DNA of 56,070 nucleotides from Candidatus Moraniibacteriota bacterium (GCA_023261645.1 JAHFOO010000008.1:1-56070); one strand, 5' to 3'; numbered from the stretch's first letter, positions 20,970 through 33,453 are shown. Notes: a model not told the origin generated them from the letters alone. Made by a program: numbers and translations.

Positions 20970-21368
20970 ATGCGTCCAACTGTTTCACAATATGCACGGG
21001 CATTGGAAGAACTTTCACAAGAAAATGTGATGCCTTTGCCCGTTGTTGTTCGGAGCTTCTCTGATTTTTTGAAGAGGCAAGGGGAATCGAAGAAATTCGA
21101 TGCCATTGTGAAACAACTGGAAAAATCAGATACAATGCGCTCAGGAAAATTGTCAGTCATTGTCGTGACGGCGTACGAGCTTTCTCCTGAGACAAAAGTT
21201 CTCTTGACGAAGAAGGCAGAAGATATTTTTCCAGGGAAAACAGCGATTCTTTCCTATGAAGTCAAGAAAGATATCATCGGCGGTGCCTGTTTTCGGACGG
21301 ATGAAATCTTGTATGATGTCACCATCGCAACCGAGCTTTCAGCTCTCAAGAAAGTGATTCAAAAATAA
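20970..21368 (+). CDS. atpH: F1 subunit delta (short form)
   Basis: QYARAL, VTAYEL, DIIGG; lies between atpF and atpA. Confidence 0.88.
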   Translation: MRPTVSQYARALEELSQENVMPLPVVVRSFSDFLKRQGESKKFDAIVKQLEKSDTMRSGKLSVIVVTAYELSPETKVLLTKKAEDIFPGKTAILSYEVKKDIIGGACFRTDEILYDVTIATELSALKKVIQK

Positions 21369-21419
21369 GTATTCTCATTTTCTATTTTTCTAAGACATAA
21401 TTGCTAAAAAGTCATTCCT

Positions 21420-22919
21420 ATGAGTAACCCACTGATTCAAGAATTGAAGAAACATATTTCTGAATTTCATCACGAGCCGAAAGTCGAGGCTATCGGTACG
21501 GTGCTCGAGATCGGTGATGGAGTCGCTCGCGTTGCAGGTCTTTCAGAAGTTATGGCAGGGGAAATGGTAGAATTTGAAAACGGAGCCGTCGGCGTCGCTC
21601 TCAATCTCGAAGAAGGTGAAGCAGGAGTGATGCTTCTTGACGAGACAGGGACACTCGGTGAAGGAGCGATTGCCAAGAGTACGGGCAAGATTCTGTCGGT
21701 GCCGGTAGGTGAAGGCGTGATCGGACGAGTCCTCTCTCCTCTCGGTATTCCTATCGATGGGAAGGGAGATATTGAAGCCAAAGCATATTATCCTGTCGAA
21801 AAAATCGCTCCCGGTGTCATTACGCGTCAGTCGGTCAATCAACCACTTCAGACGGGTATCAAAGCCATCGATGCTCTCATTCCAATCGGACGTGGTCAAC
21901 GTGAACTCATCATCGGTGATCGTCAAACAGGTAAGACGGCCATTGCTATCGATACGATCATCAATCAGAAGGGGCAAGGAGTCATCTGTATCTATGTCGC
22001 TATCGGACAAAAGGAATCCAAAGTTGCTCGTATCGTAGCAGAACTGGAGAAGAGTGGTGCGATGGAATATACCACGATAGTCGTCGCCGGAGCTTCTGAT
22101 CCCTCAGCTTTGTCGTTCATCGCACCATACGCCGGTTGCGCTCTCGGAGAATACTTTATGGATCAGGGCAAGGATGTGCTCGTGATTTATGACGATCTCT
22201 CGAAGCATGCGGTCGCGTATCGTCAGATATCGCTCATTCTCCGTCGTCCACCGGGACGCGAAGCTTATCCTGGAGATGTGTTCTATGTCCATTCACGTCT
22301 GCTCGAACGGAGCGCGAAACTCAACAAAGAAAATGGCGGTGGATCATTGACAGCCCTCCCTATCATCGAAACGCAAGCCGGCGATGTGTCGGCCTATATT
22401 CCGACGAACGTGATTTCGATCACTGATGGTCAGATTTATCTGGAGAGCGATTTGTTCTACAAAGGCATCCGTCCGGCGCTCAACGTCGGCCTTTCCGTAT
22501 CGCGTGTGGGCTCATCGGCTCAGATCAAGGCGATGAAACAAGTATCGGGAACACTCCGTTTGGATCTCGCTCAATTTCGTGAGCTGGAAGCTTTTTCTCA
22601 GTTCGGATCCGATCTCGATGAGAAGACAAGGACGCTCATCGAACGCGGAAGGCGAGCGGTGGAAATATTGAAACAGCCTCAATATTCACCGCTACCGGTT
22701 GAGAAAGAAGTAGCAGTGCTGTACGCTCTCACTCGCGGATATGTCGATGACATTGCTGTCGAGGAAATCAATCGTTTCGAGAAAGAATTCGTCGCGTATC
22801 TGAATAATGAAGGGAAAGCGATATCCGAAATGATAATGAAGGAGCGGGCTCTGACACCTGAAGTGGAAGAACTGTTGAAAAAAAATATTGAAGAGTTTAA
22901 GAAAGGATTTACGGTATAG
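21420..22919 (+). CDS. atpA: F1 subunit alpha
   Basis: [35 protein letters not shown]. Confidence 0.99.
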   Translation: MSNPLIQELKKHISEFHHEPKVEAIGTVLEIGDGVARVAGLSEVMAGEMVEFENGAVGVALNLEEGEAGVMLLDETGTLGEGAIAKSTGKILSVPVGEGVIGRVLSPLGIPIDGKGDIEAKAYYPVEKIAPGVITRQSVNQPLQTGIKAIDALIPIGRGQRELIIGDRQTGKTAIAIDTIINQKGQGVICIYVAIGQKESKVARIVAELEKSGAMEYTTIVVAGASDPSALSFIAPYAGCALGEYFMDQGKDVLVIYDDLSKHAVAYRQISLILRRPPGREAYPGDVFYVHSRLLERSAKLNKENGGGSLTALPIIETQAGDVSAYIPTNVISITDGQIYLESDLFYKGIRPALNVGLSVSRVGSSAQIKAMKQVSGTLRLDLAQFRELEAFSQFGSDLDEKTRTLIERGRRAVEILKQPQYSPLPVEKEVAVLYALTRGYVDDIAVEEINRFEKEFVAYLNNEGKAISEMIMKERALTPEVEELLKKNIEEFKKGFTV

Positions 22920-22928
22920 TTTTTGGAA

Positions 22929-23071
22929 GTTCGTTGAAAAAATATTTCTTTTGAGACCGTTGGAATCTGGACGGGCACGGTTTCCGCCAAAGGCGGAAGA
23001 GGGAAGATTCCACAGAACGAGCTCCCCGCTGGGGAGTGAGAGGGTCGCAAAAGGAATATTTTTCAAAGAAC
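22929..23071 (+). repeat. Conserved multibranch structured element, copy 2 (atpA-atpG spacer)
   Basis: Outer stem ttgaaaaaatatttcttttg/caaaaggaatatttttcaa; tggaatct/agattcca; ttccgcc-aaa-ggcggaa; ctcccc-gctg-gggag. Confidence 0.75.
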
Positions 23072-23089
23072 GCTTAATGAAAAAATTGT

Positions 23090-24004
23090 ATGGCAAGTGC
23101 ACGAGACATCAGAAGACGGATCAAGGGAGTGAAGGGCACGGGGAAAATCACCCGCGCTATGGAAATGATTTCGGCTGTCAAAATGCGCAAAGCTGTCGTG
23201 AATGTGCTTTCTATCCGTCCGTATGCCAAGAGTGCTGTCGAATTGCTCGAACAATTGAAACGTGCCGTAGGGAATGAAGGACACGTCCTTTTGACACAGC
23301 GTCCGGTGAAGAGGGAGCTTTACGTGATCATCACGAGTAATCGTGGTCTGTGCGGAGCGTTCAATGCTCAGATCGTGAAGCATTTGCGCCAGACATTGAA
23401 AGATGATGCGAATCGGGAGCGAGTGTTTATTACTATTGGAAAAAAGGGAGAAAATGCGGTGCGACGAATGCTGGCAACTCCGGGAAAGTGGGGAGGGATT
23501 ATCGCTTCATTTCCTGATGTTCTTTCAGTGCCGACCATTCTCGGTATGCGGGCCATCGCCAAAATTATCATTGAAGAGTTTGAGATGAAGCGTGTCGATC
23601 GTGTGGTGATGGTGTATACGAATTATGTTTCTATGCTTTCTCAGGAGGTGAAGGTGCGGGCACTTTTACCGGTTGCCATCAAAGATACGAAGAAAGCGAT
23701 GTATGAGATGGATGAGAAGCGGGGAAAGAATATTCCGATCGATGCCGAATACGTGATTGAGCCAACGCCGAAAAAAGTACTGTGGCAGATGATTCCACGA
23801 TTGATCGAGATGGAACTCTACCATGCCGTACTTGAAAGCAACGCCTCACAAGAATCATCTCGTATGATGGCGATGAGAAATGCCACCGATGCTGCCAAAG
23901 ATATGGTAGCCGATTTGACGCTCGCCTACAATCAGCTCCGTCAAGGAAAGATTACACAGGAAATAGCGGAATTATCGGCTGGTATGGCGGCGGTACAGAA
24001 ATAG
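23090..24004 (+). CDS. atpG: F1 subunit gamma
   Basis: KITRAMEMISA.K, SNRGLCGAFN, RMMAMRNATD, RQGKITQEIAE. Confidence 0.98.
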   Translation: MASARDIRRRIKGVKGTGKITRAMEMISAVKMRKAVVNVLSIRPYAKSAVELLEQLKRAVGNEGHVLLTQRPVKRELYVIITSNRGLCGAFNAQIVKHLRQTLKDDANRERVFITIGKKGENAVRRMLATPGKWGGIIASFPDVLSVPTILGMRAIAKIIIEEFEMKRVDRVVMVYTNYVSMLSQEVKVRALLPVAIKDTKKAMYEMDEKRGKNIPIDAEYVIEPTPKKVLWQMIPRLIEMELYHAVLESNASQESSRMMAMRNATDAAKDMVADLTLAYNQLRQGKITQEIAELSAGMAAVQK

Positions 24005-24035
24005 TCGAACGTTGTTGAATGGTTCTATCGCTTTA

Positions 24036-24094
24036 TTACCAAACGAAGTGAGTGAAACGAAAGTTTACTTTCGTTTCCGAGCGAGTGCTGGTAA
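24036..24094. repeat. Palindromic element in atpG-atpD spacer
   Basis: gaaacgaaagt/actttcgtttc (24054-24077) nested in ttacca/tggtaa. Confidence 0.55.
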
Positions 24095-24142
24095 AATCGG
24101 GTGAATACCCGTTATAATGTATTGAGCGATGAAACAGTGTAA

Positions 24143-25582
<1,440 letters not shown>

Positions 25583-25637
25583 TATGTTCCAGTCGTTTGA
25601 AGAAACATCGACAACTGACTGAAATATTCTCAAACGT

Positions 25638-26084
25638 ATGATCAAATTCAAAATTATCACTCCGGAAAAAATAGTCATCGAAGAGGAAGTATATCAAGCG
25701 ACACTGCCGGTTCTGGGTGGGGAAGTGACCATCTTATCGAACCATATACCCTATATCGGTGCTTTGCGAGCCGGAGAAATCATTTTTCGGAAAAAGCAAA
25801 ATGAGGAAGAAACAAACCTCGCTACTTCAGGTGGTTTCGTAGAATTTCATAACAATGTTCTCTCTATCCTGGCTGATACGGCAGAACGAGCTGAAGAAAT
25901 CGATCTGGCCAGAGCCGAAGAAGCACGAGAACGAGCTGAGGCATTGAAGAAAGAGCGTTTGACTATGGATGATGAAGAATATGCCCGCATATCAGCTCTT
26001 CTTGAGAAAGAATTGACTCGTGTACAGGTAGCTCGAAAGCATCATACGAGACGAGGCATATCTCTCGGAAACAATACGCTGTAA
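25638..26084 (+). CDS. atpC: F1 subunit epsilon
   Basis: IITPEK, GEVTIL.NH.P, SGGFVE, ADTAE. Confidence 0.95.
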   Translation: MIKFKIITPEKIVIEEEVYQATLPVLGGEVTILSNHIPYIGALRAGEIIFRKKQNEEETNLATSGGFVEFHNNVLSILADTAERAEEIDLARAEEARERAEALKKERLTMDDEEYARISALLEKELTRVQVARKHHTRRGISLGNNTL

Positions 26085-26109
26085 TCAAGCATTACTTGCT
26101 TGTCGATTG

Positions 26110-26142
26110 AAGAAGTCCTGATTCCTTAGGACTTCTTTGTTT
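26110..26142 (+). terminator. Intrinsic terminator after atp operon
   Basis: aagaagtcct...aggacttctt followed by T-rich run. Confidence 0.7.
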
Positions 26143-26193
26143 TAGTGTGAGATTCTCCACACACAGAGAAGGAAGTGACTTATTCTTCAATAA

Positions 26194-27495
26194 ATGCTAT
26201 ACTCTAGACCTTCAAGTACTTTTGTAAAGACCACTATGCTTCCACTCTATCCACTGGAACGCACAAGGAGGTTCCAGAAAAAACATATTTTCTTTTCGGC
26301 TCCGCTGATACTTGTCGCTCTAGGGAGTTTCTATTTCTTTATGCCTTTTTTCCATAAGGAAAGCGAGATGGCGATTGTTCCGAAAGAAGAATCATCAGTA
26401 CCGGAACTTTCAGAATGGGTGGATGAAAAACCGACTCTTGACGAAAAGGATATTCCGCAAAAAGAAGGAGAAGGAGGTCTTCCTTTTCTCCCTCCTCCTC
26501 CGCCCCCATCGATGGATCGGATGAAAAAACAGGGTTGTGTGGCCGATGGTTTTCTCTCAGGATATGGGGGAGACCTGAATAGTTCCATAGCGCTTATAAA
26601 CCGTTCGAAATGTTATTATCTGCATCGGGCACTCGAGACATGGCTCCGTCCGCCAGATTTCGAGTTAGCACGAAAAATACAATCAAAAGTCACAAGGCCG
26701 AATATTTTGTACGGTATGTTTATCGCGGAAGCCATAAGTACGAGTGTGAAGTACTATTATCCGGCAGAAAATCGTGATTTCAATTTCAGTGATATGTGTC
26801 GCAGTGGGAGTAAGAATTACTGGGGCGAACATACCTGTAAGCCATCACTTACGAAAGAAGAATATCGTAAATATGTAGAGTACATAGCGGAACAAGCTAT
26901 GGATATGGGCATACAGAGCTTTCTTTTCGGAGAAGTGTCCTATCAGGATGCAGGAGATTTGGGAGAGAGCGTGATGCCAGAAGTCATCGCGGGTATGCGT
27001 GAGTATGCCGATTTCCGCGGTATGAAAATTTTTATCGGTGCTCAAACCAATGACATCACCGACGAGAAATATCTACGTCTTTTTGATTATATCGAAGGCG
27101 GGGTCGGAGTGAGCGGAAACGGTACTGTCGAAAACGGACCCTGTTTCTCACGCTGGTGGCAGAAGCCAGGGGATTGGTGCTGGGCGCTTCTCTGGCATCC
27201 TCAATTCTCCAGTCGAGCGAACAATGTCCTTGTACACTTTGATTGGAGCGGGAAATGGGGAGATGATATGAGTGTTTTTACGCGGATGGACAAAAATGAT
27301 CGCGAAACGACATTGTATAATCTCTATACATCATTTACCGCCAGAGGTACAGGATTCCTGATGCCTGTTTTGGCGACGCTGTATAAGGACAATGGAGGCT
27401 GTCGAGGACCGAAGAAACGTTTTTATTCCGCCAGCGATAAATATTCTTGCCAGGATGAAGATGCTATCAATCGTATCCTCTCCGGGAGAGAATGA
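26194..27495 (+). CDS. Hypothetical membrane-anchored extracytoplasmic protein
   Basis: N-terminal TM, poly-Pro linker, Cys/Trp/Tyr-rich globular domain. Start uncertain. Confidence 0.7.
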   Translation: MLYSRPSSTFVKTTMLPLYPLERTRRFQKKHIFFSAPLILVALGSFYFFMPFFHKESEMAIVPKEESSVPELSEWVDEKPTLDEKDIPQKEGEGGLPFLPPPPPPSMDRMKKQGCVADGFLSGYGGDLNSSIALINRSKCYYLHRALETWLRPPDFELARKIQSKVTRPNILYGMFIAEAISTSVKYYYPAENRDFNFSDMCRSGSKNYWGEHTCKPSLTKEEYRKYVEYIAEQAMDMGIQSFLFGEVSYQDAGDLGESVMPEVIAGMREYADFRGMKIFIGAQTNDITDEKYLRLFDYIEGGVGVSGNGTVENGPCFSRWWQKPGDWCWALLWHPQFSSRANNVLVHFDWSGKWGDDMSVFTRMDKNDRETTLYNLYTSFTARGTGFLMPVLATLYKDNGGCRGPKKRFYSASDKYSCQDEDAINRILSGRE

Positions 27496-27561
27496 TTTTT
27501 TCTTCGCTTTGAAAGAGAATTCTTGATATAATGAATCGTGTAAGATACTGTTTATTTTTTT

Positions 27562-27888
27562 GTGATGCCTCTCTCTCAGGAAAAGAAATTTCAACGACGA
27601 AAAGAAGATTTCCAATGTGAAAACTGCGGAGCTATGATGTTCGGAGACGGATATACGAATCATTGTACGAAGTGTCTCTGGAGCAAGCACGTAGATATCG
27701 CTCCTGGGGATCGCTTGGCCCTCTGCGGAGGATTGATGGAGCCGATAGCCTTGAGATTGGAAAGTACCGGGTATATATTGATTCATCATTGCAAGAAATG
27801 CGGATACGAAAAGAAGAATAGAGGGGCAGAAGATGATGATTTTGAAGCTTTGATTGAGCTTTCCCGTCGATTGGCGAACAAGCAATAA
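27562..27888 (+). CDS. RNHCP domain protein
   Basis: F.CENCG...TNHCTKCLWSKHVD..PGDR...CGG.M.P...H.CKKCG. Confidence 0.88.
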   Translation: MMPLSQEKKFQRRKEDFQCENCGAMMFGDGYTNHCTKCLWSKHVDIAPGDRLALCGGLMEPIALRLESTGYILIHHCKKCGYEKKNRGAEDDDFEALIELSRRLANKQ

Positions 27889-27900
27889 AAACAAAAGAAT

Positions 27901-30471
27901 ATGGAGTGGAAAAAGATAGCTTCGGAAGACGTCGCACAAGTCTTTTCGGAACTTGAGAGTCAGGAATCAGGTCTTTCAATCAAAGTTGCTGAAGAGCGAT
28001 TGCGTGCTCTTGGAGAAAATAGTGTGAAGGAGAAATCGACCTCACTTTTTGAAATGTTTAAACGACGCCTGCATTCTTCTTTTCTGTACCTCCTCCTCGG
28101 AGCGGCCGGACTTTCTTATTTTTTGGATGATCGGATAGAATCCGGTCTTATCCTTCTGTTCATTCTCATCAATATCGGCCTGGAAATGTATCAAGAGTAT
28201 CGTGGAGAGAAGGCTGTAGAGCTCCTCAAAAAATATCTCGTGGTACATACTCGGGTGAGACGAGGCGCTACGGTGATGAATATAGAAAGTGAGAACGTTG
28301 TTCCTGGAGATATTGTCCTTGTCGAGGCGGGAGACCGTCTGCCGGCTGATATGCGCTTCACCGCTTGTTTCGGTCTTGCTCTTGATGAAAGCGTGATGAC
28401 AGGCGAATCAATCGCTGTACAGAAAAAGAGTACGCAGCTCCCTACCTCTCCAGCTGAAATGTTTGAAGCGGAGAATATCGGATTTGCAGGAACCATCATA
28501 ACAGCCGGGCGAGGGGAGGGTATCGTTTTTGCAACGGGCGATAAAACAGCTCTGGGGGATATTCAGGCGATCGTCACAGAGCAGAAGCACGAAACAGGCT
28601 TCGAAAAGAGCCTTGCAGAGTTCAGTCGTTTCATCGTGAAGTTCGTTATCGTAACATTGGTGTTGGTATTTCTTGCAAATATATTCATCAAGGGAGAAAG
28701 CGTGAATATCACGGAATTACTCATTTTTTCTCTGGTGCTCGCCGTATCAGTCATCCCGAATGCATTGCCGGCGATTGTTACTGTGGCGCTTTCTCGTGGT
28801 GCGATCCAGCTCGTGCACAAAAAGGTCATCATCAAACGTCTTTCAGCTATCGAAGATCTCGGAAGTATTGAAATCCTTTGTACCGATAAGACAGGGACAC
28901 TTACTGAGAATATCCTCTCCGTGAGTCAGGTGCAATCTTCCGATAAGCGACGATGTCTCTCTCTCTCGATGATTGCCTCTCTCTCGGCACCGCTCCATCA
29001 GAAAGATTTGCATGATGCTTTCGATAAGGCATTGTGGAAAGAGCTTTCTCCGCTCGAACGATCATCCGTGAAGAATGTACGACGAATCGATACCATCCCC
29101 TTTGATCCGGAACGGAGACGGAACAGCGTTTTGGTGGAAAGTCAAGCAGGTGAAAGAGAAATCATCGTACGAGGCGCACCTGAGGAAATATTACGTCTTT
29201 CGCATAATGTCGATTCTTTCGCCATCCGAAAATCTCTTGAGTGGATGAAGGAGAGGGGCATTCTCGGAGAACGAGTGTTGGCTGTTGCGAGACGATCCTT
29301 TCCTGTAAAACGAGAGTACACTTTGTTCGAAGAACAACAGCTCGAATTCGTAGGACTGATTTCTTTTCTTGATCCTCTCAAAAAGACGACCAGAGAAACG
29401 TTGATGAAGGCGAAAGCTCTCAATGTGCAGGTGAAAATTCTCACTGGTGATAGTAAGGAAGTGGCGGGTGCTGTCGGTTATGCTGTCGGACTATTGCGAC
29501 GCCCAGGAGACGTGATAACGGGGAGCGACCTTTCGATGATGAAGTATGTAGAAAAACGGCGAGTGGTACTCTCGAACACTGTTTTTGCGCGTATTTCCCC
29601 GAGAGAGAAATATGAGATCATCAAGATATTGCAAGAGAAATATGAAGTCGGTTTTTTGGGAGAGGGCATTAATGACGCGCCAGCACTTCAAACGGCTGAC
29701 GTCGGACTTGTGGTAGCAGAAGCATCAGATGTCGCTCGCGGGGCTTCTGATGTCATTTTGCTCGAGAAGAGTCTCGATACGGTTATTGATGGCATAAAAG
29801 AAGGGAGAATAATTTTTGCGAACATCTTGAAATATCTCAAAATCACACTGACATCCAATTTCGGTAATTTCTATTCCGTAGCCGTAGCTTCTCTTTTTCT
29901 TCCGTTCGTTCCGCTCCTCCCTGTACAGATACTTCTCCTCGATCTCCTTTCGGATTTTCCGATGATTGCTATCGCGACGGACACCGTCGATACGGAAGAA
30001 TTGGAACAGCCAAAAAAATATCAAGTGCACTCCGTTATTTTGGCTGCCACACTTTTTGGCGTCGTAAGCTCTGTCTTCGATTTCATTCTCTTCGCAAAAT
30101 TTTATCATACGAGCGAAGCGACACTTCAGACGGCTTGGTTCCTCCTCAGTATCGCGACAGAAGTGATCTTGGTGTATTCTCTTCGTACTAGGAGACCATT
30201 CTTCCAATCGAGAAAGACCCCTCTTTTTCTCGGATCACTTTCTCTTTTCATAGTGGCGCTTGCTTTTTCTCTTCCGTTCACTCCGTTGGGAAAGGATATG
30301 TTTCTTTTTGCACATCCGACGGCACAGATGTTCCGTACAGTCATACTTCTTATACTTGGTTATTTCATAATGACTGAAATCGTGAAGCATTTTTATTTCC
30401 AGTATTTTCATGAATACTCGGAGAAGAAATCAACTCGGTTCAATAGAAAAAGACAGTTTGCGAAAGTATAA
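27901..30471 (+). CDS. P-type cation-transporting ATPase (MgtA-like)
   Basis: TGES, DKTGTLT, PFDPERRR, GAPEE, LTGD, GEGINDAPAL, SNFGN. Confidence 0.9.
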   Translation: MEWKKIASEDVAQVFSELESQESGLSIKVAEERLRALGENSVKEKSTSLFEMFKRRLHSSFLYLLLGAAGLSYFLDDRIESGLILLFILINIGLEMYQEYRGEKAVELLKKYLVVHTRVRRGATVMNIESENVVPGDIVLVEAGDRLPADMRFTACFGLALDESVMTGESIAVQKKSTQLPTSPAEMFEAENIGFAGTIITAGRGEGIVFATGDKTALGDIQAIVTEQKHETGFEKSLAEFSRFIVKFVIVTLVLVFLANIFIKGESVNITELLIFSLVLAVSVIPNALPAIVTVALSRGAIQLVHKKVIIKRLSAIEDLGSIEILCTDKTGTLTENILSVSQVQSSDKRRCLSLSMIASLSAPLHQKDLHDAFDKALWKELSPLERSSVKNVRRIDTIPFDPERRRNSVLVESQAGEREIIVRGAPEEILRLSHNVDSFAIRKSLEWMKERGILGERVLAVARRSFPVKREYTLFEEQQLEFVGLISFLDPLKKTTRETLMKAKALNVQVKILTGDSKEVAGAVGYAVGLLRRPGDVITGSDLSMMKYVEKRRVVLSNTVFARISPREKYEIIKILQEKYEVGFLGEGINDAPALQTADVGLVVAEASDVARGASDVILLEKSLDTVIDGIKEGRIIFANILKYLKITLTSNFGNFYSVAVASLFLPFVPLLPVQILLLDLLSDFPMIAIATDTVDTEELEQPKKYQVHSVILAATLFGVVSSVFDFILFAKFYHTSEATLQTAWFLLSIATEVILVYSLRTRRPFFQSRKTPLFLGSLSLFIVALAFSLPFTPLGKDMFLFAHPTAQMFRTVILLILGYFIMTEIVKHFYFQYFHEYSEKKSTRFNRKRQFAKV

Positions 30472-30474
30472 TCT

Positions 30475-31053
30475 ATGACAAGAAGACAAAGTATTTTCCT
30501 CCTTCTGACGCTTTTTTCGGGTGTAAGCGTCGTGGTCATACTGCTGGTTCAAAATATCTCAGAACAAAGCGTATTTTCTTCTGTGGCAAGGTGGAAAACA
30601 AGTCTGGGAACGAATTTTTTCGGGCAGAAAGTAAACGATAGCGATGAAACGTTCTTGGTAAAAAGAGTTGTGGATGGCGATACGATAGAACTGGAGAATA
30701 AAGAAAAAGTCCGTTATATCGGTATTAATACGCCAGAAAGTGTCGATCCAAGAAGAAAAGTCGAGTGTTTCGGCAAGGAGGCATCGATATACGACAAGGA
30801 GCTCGTCGAAGGGAAAAGAGTACGACTCGTAAAAGACGTTTCTGATCGTGATATGTATGGACGTTTGCTCAGATTCGTCTATCTGGAAGATGGAACATTC
30901 GTGAATGAAGTGCTCATACGAGAAGGATACGCTTTCGTTTCGACCTATCCGCCGGATGTTACCAATCAGGATGTCTTTCGTCAGGCAGAAAGAGAGGCGA
31001 AGAATGAAAAGCGCGGTTTGTGGAGCGAAACTACCTGTAATGGAAAAAAATAA
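30475..31053 (+). CDS. Thermonuclease (SNase-like) family protein
   Basis: VVDGDTI, VRYIGINTPE, D.YGRLLR.VY, KRGLW; N-terminal TM. Confidence 0.93.
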   Translation: MTRRQSIFLLLTLFSGVSVVVILLVQNISEQSVFSSVARWKTSLGTNFFGQKVNDSDETFLVKRVVDGDTIELENKEKVRYIGINTPESVDPRRKVECFGKEASIYDKELVEGKRVRLVKDVSDRDMYGRLLRFVYLEDGTFVNEVLIREGYAFVSTYPPDVTNQDVFRQAEREAKNEKRGLWSETTCNGKK

Positions 31054-31102
31054 AAATACTGAGAATAACGGACGTTTGCTTCACTCATTTTGTTTGATAA
31101 TA

Positions 31103-31142
31103 AAAAGTGCCCGGCATCCTCGTAAGGAGCCGGGCTTTTTTC
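31103..31142. terminator. Probable bidirectional terminator
   Basis: A-run, gcccggc...gccgggc hairpin, T-run between convergent genes. Confidence 0.65.
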
Positions 31143-31170
31143 TGACGACGATGCGTCAACGGAGTGATAA

Positions 31171-31524
31171 TCAGCAGGCAGTGCAGTAGTAAATGTGACC
31201 ACGTGTGATAAGGCGTCCGTTATTGGCATCGTGCATATTCAGATGACAATGATGCCTGCCTGAAGCTGAGTGACAGATATCCGGATTGCAGACATCTTCA
31301 ATAGATTTTCTCTTGAGCTCCGCTTTTCTCAGAGCGGCCCGTACTGTCGTCATTACTGAGCTTTTGTTATACAGACGCTCAGAAATCTGTGCCTGGGCGA
31401 TTGCTCTTTTTGCATCTTCCTCGGCAATCATCTGTTCATCGATGCCAGGGTGACAAGGAACATTGATCGGAATGTGATTACAACCGATTGTCTGAAACGC
31501 TGTCGCACGAAATTCGTGTGTCAT
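31171..31524 (-). CDS. Hypothetical Cys/His-rich protein
   Basis: ORF from MTHEFRAT; no recognised family. Confidence 0.4.
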   Translation of the reverse strand: MTHEFRATAFQTIGCNHIPINVPCHPGIDEQMIAEEDAKRAIAQAQISERLYNKSSVMTTVRAALRKAELKRKSIEDVCNPDICHSASGRHHCHLNMHDANNGRLITRGHIYYCTAC

Positions 31525-31640
31525 TTCTTCTCTCCTATTGTTGTGAACTCTTTTGACTTCGTTTGAAGCCTGCGTAACAAAAAACGGCGTGCCGTTTCTT
31601 GTTACCGTTTTTATACCACGGCGAAGTTTTTTGTGCAATA

Positions 31641-33416
31641 CTATTCTTTGGACGCAATCAGTTGTCCAAAAAGGGTGACGCATTCATCAGGTGTTTTCGC
31701 TCCGAGAGAACCATCGATCCGGTGTTCGAGTGTGACAGTACGAGCTTCCACCTCTTTGTCTCCAATGATGATGAGATAGGGGATTTTCTGTACCTTGGCA
31801 TTTCGTACGCGTTTGCCGAGAGATTCATTGTCGAGATCGAGGTCAACGCGGATATCACGCTTTTTGAGTACGTCGGCTATTTCTTTGGCATATGCCTGAT
31901 GGCTTTCTCCTATAGGAAGGACGACCACCTGAACCGGCGCAAGCCAGAGAGGAAAAGCTCCGGCATAATGCTCGATGAGAATCCCCATAAATCTGTCCGG
32001 CGAACCGATGAGAGCACGATGAATCATTACCGGTGTCTTCTCTGTACCATCATTGTCAGTATAGACCAGGCCGAATCGTTTCGGTTGATTGAAATCGAGT
32101 TGTACGGTAGAAATCTGCCATTCCCTCCCGAGAGCATCAACGGCCATAATATCAATCTTTGGACCATAGAAGGCGGCTTCGCCCTCTGCTTCTTTGTGAG
32201 TGATATTTTTCTCTTGCAAAAGTTTGCGCATAATCGATTGCGAGCGTTCCCAGACACTGTCGTCTCCGAGATATTTTTCTTTTTTCTCTGGATCACGGAG
32301 AGAGAGACGCATCCAATAGTCGATCTTGTATGTCGTGAGAGCAGTATCAATAGCAGTGAGTATGTTTGCCATCTCTTCTTCTATTTGACTTTCCATACAA
32401 AAAACGTGTCCATCATCTTGTGCGAATGAACGCAATCGGGTAAGTCCTGAAAGTTCACCGGGACGTTCATCGCGGTAGAGATTGGCGAAATCAGAGTAGC
32501 GGATAGGCAAGTCGCGATAACTGCGAGGCCGAGAAGCATAAATTTGTGTATGTTGCGGACAGTTCATAGGTTTCAAAAAATAGTCCTCGTCGCTGTACTG
32601 CGATCGCACAACGAGCATATCCTCCTTGTATTTGTCATAATGGCCGGAGATTTTGAAAAGTTCCGCCTTGTTTATGTTCGGAGTGTGAACCTCTTCGAAT
32701 CCGAGACTGTGATTCAACTCACGTGAGAAACCGATGATGGCATTGCGAATGATATTTCCTTTGGGAGTGAACATCGGCATTCCAGAGCCCACGAGATCAG
32801 AAAATACGAGCAAGTCCTGTTCTTTGGCAATTTTTCTGTGATCACGTTTCTTGGCTTCTTCTTGCTTTGTGAAGTACGTCTTGAGTTCTGCTTCAGTAGC
32901 GAAGGCTGTCCCATAGATACGAGTGAGCATCGGATTTTTCTCATCACCACGGAAATAAGCACCAGCCAGATGAGTGATGGCAAATGATTTGGCATCGATT
33001 TCACCGGTATTCTCGACGTGCTTTCCTTCGCACAAATCGACGAAGTCACCGGTGGAATAGAGACTGAGAGTCTCACCACTTTTTTCGATGTCATCGATGA
33101 TGGCAAGTTTGTAGGGATTGTCGGCAAACTGTTTTCGAGCTTCCTCTACCGAGATCTCCTTTCGTATGAATGGGAGCTTTTTGTTGATCTGTTTGCGTAT
33201 CGTTTTCTCGAAGGCTTTCAAATCCTCCGGAGCAGGGGTCTTGCCAGTGCTGAAATCGATATCGTAATAGAAACCGTTCTCGGTGACTGGGCCGACGGAA
33301 AGTTTGGCATCCCGATCGTGTTCGAGAGCTGCTATGGCGAGCAGATGAGCCAAAGAATGACGTATATTATAGAGTTTTTCTTCCATATCATTGAGTATAG
33401 TAGTTTTTGATGACAA
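31641..33416 (-). CDS. thrS: Threonine--tRNA ligase (lacks N-terminal TGS domain)
   Basis: RHSLAHLLA, DLCEGKHV, RDHRK, KPMNCPQH, EAAFYGPKID, MIHRA. Confidence 0.97.
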   Translation of the reverse strand: MSSKTTILNDMEEKLYNIRHSLAHLLAIAALEHDRDAKLSVGPVTENGFYYDIDFSTGKTPAPEDLKAFEKTIRKQINKKLPFIRKEISVEEARKQFADNPYKLAIIDDIEKSGETLSLYSTGDFVDLCEGKHVENTGEIDAKSFAITHLAGAYFRGDEKNPMLTRIYGTAFATEAELKTYFTKQEEAKKRDHRKIAKEQDLLVFSDLVGSGMPMFTPKGNIIRNAIIGFSRELNHSLGFEEVHTPNINKAELFKISGHYDKYKEDMLVVRSQYSDEDYFLKPMNCPQHTQIYASRPRSYRDLPIRYSDFANLYRDERPGELSGLTRLRSFAQDDGHVFCMESQIEEEMANILTAIDTALTTYKIDYWMRLSLRDPEKKEKYLGDDSVWERSQSIMRKLLQEKNITHKEAEGEAAFYGPKIDIMAVDALGREWQISTVQLDFNQPKRFGLVYTDNDGTEKTPVMIHRALIGSPDRFMGILIEHYAGAFPLWLAPVQVVVLPIGESHQAYAKEIADVLKKRDIRVDLDLDNESLGKRVRNAKVQKIPYLIIIGDKEVEARTVTLEHRIDGSLGAKTPDECVTLFGQLIASKE

Positions 33417-33453
33417 TGTAAATTATAAGAATTGCGAGCATTATTTACAGTTA

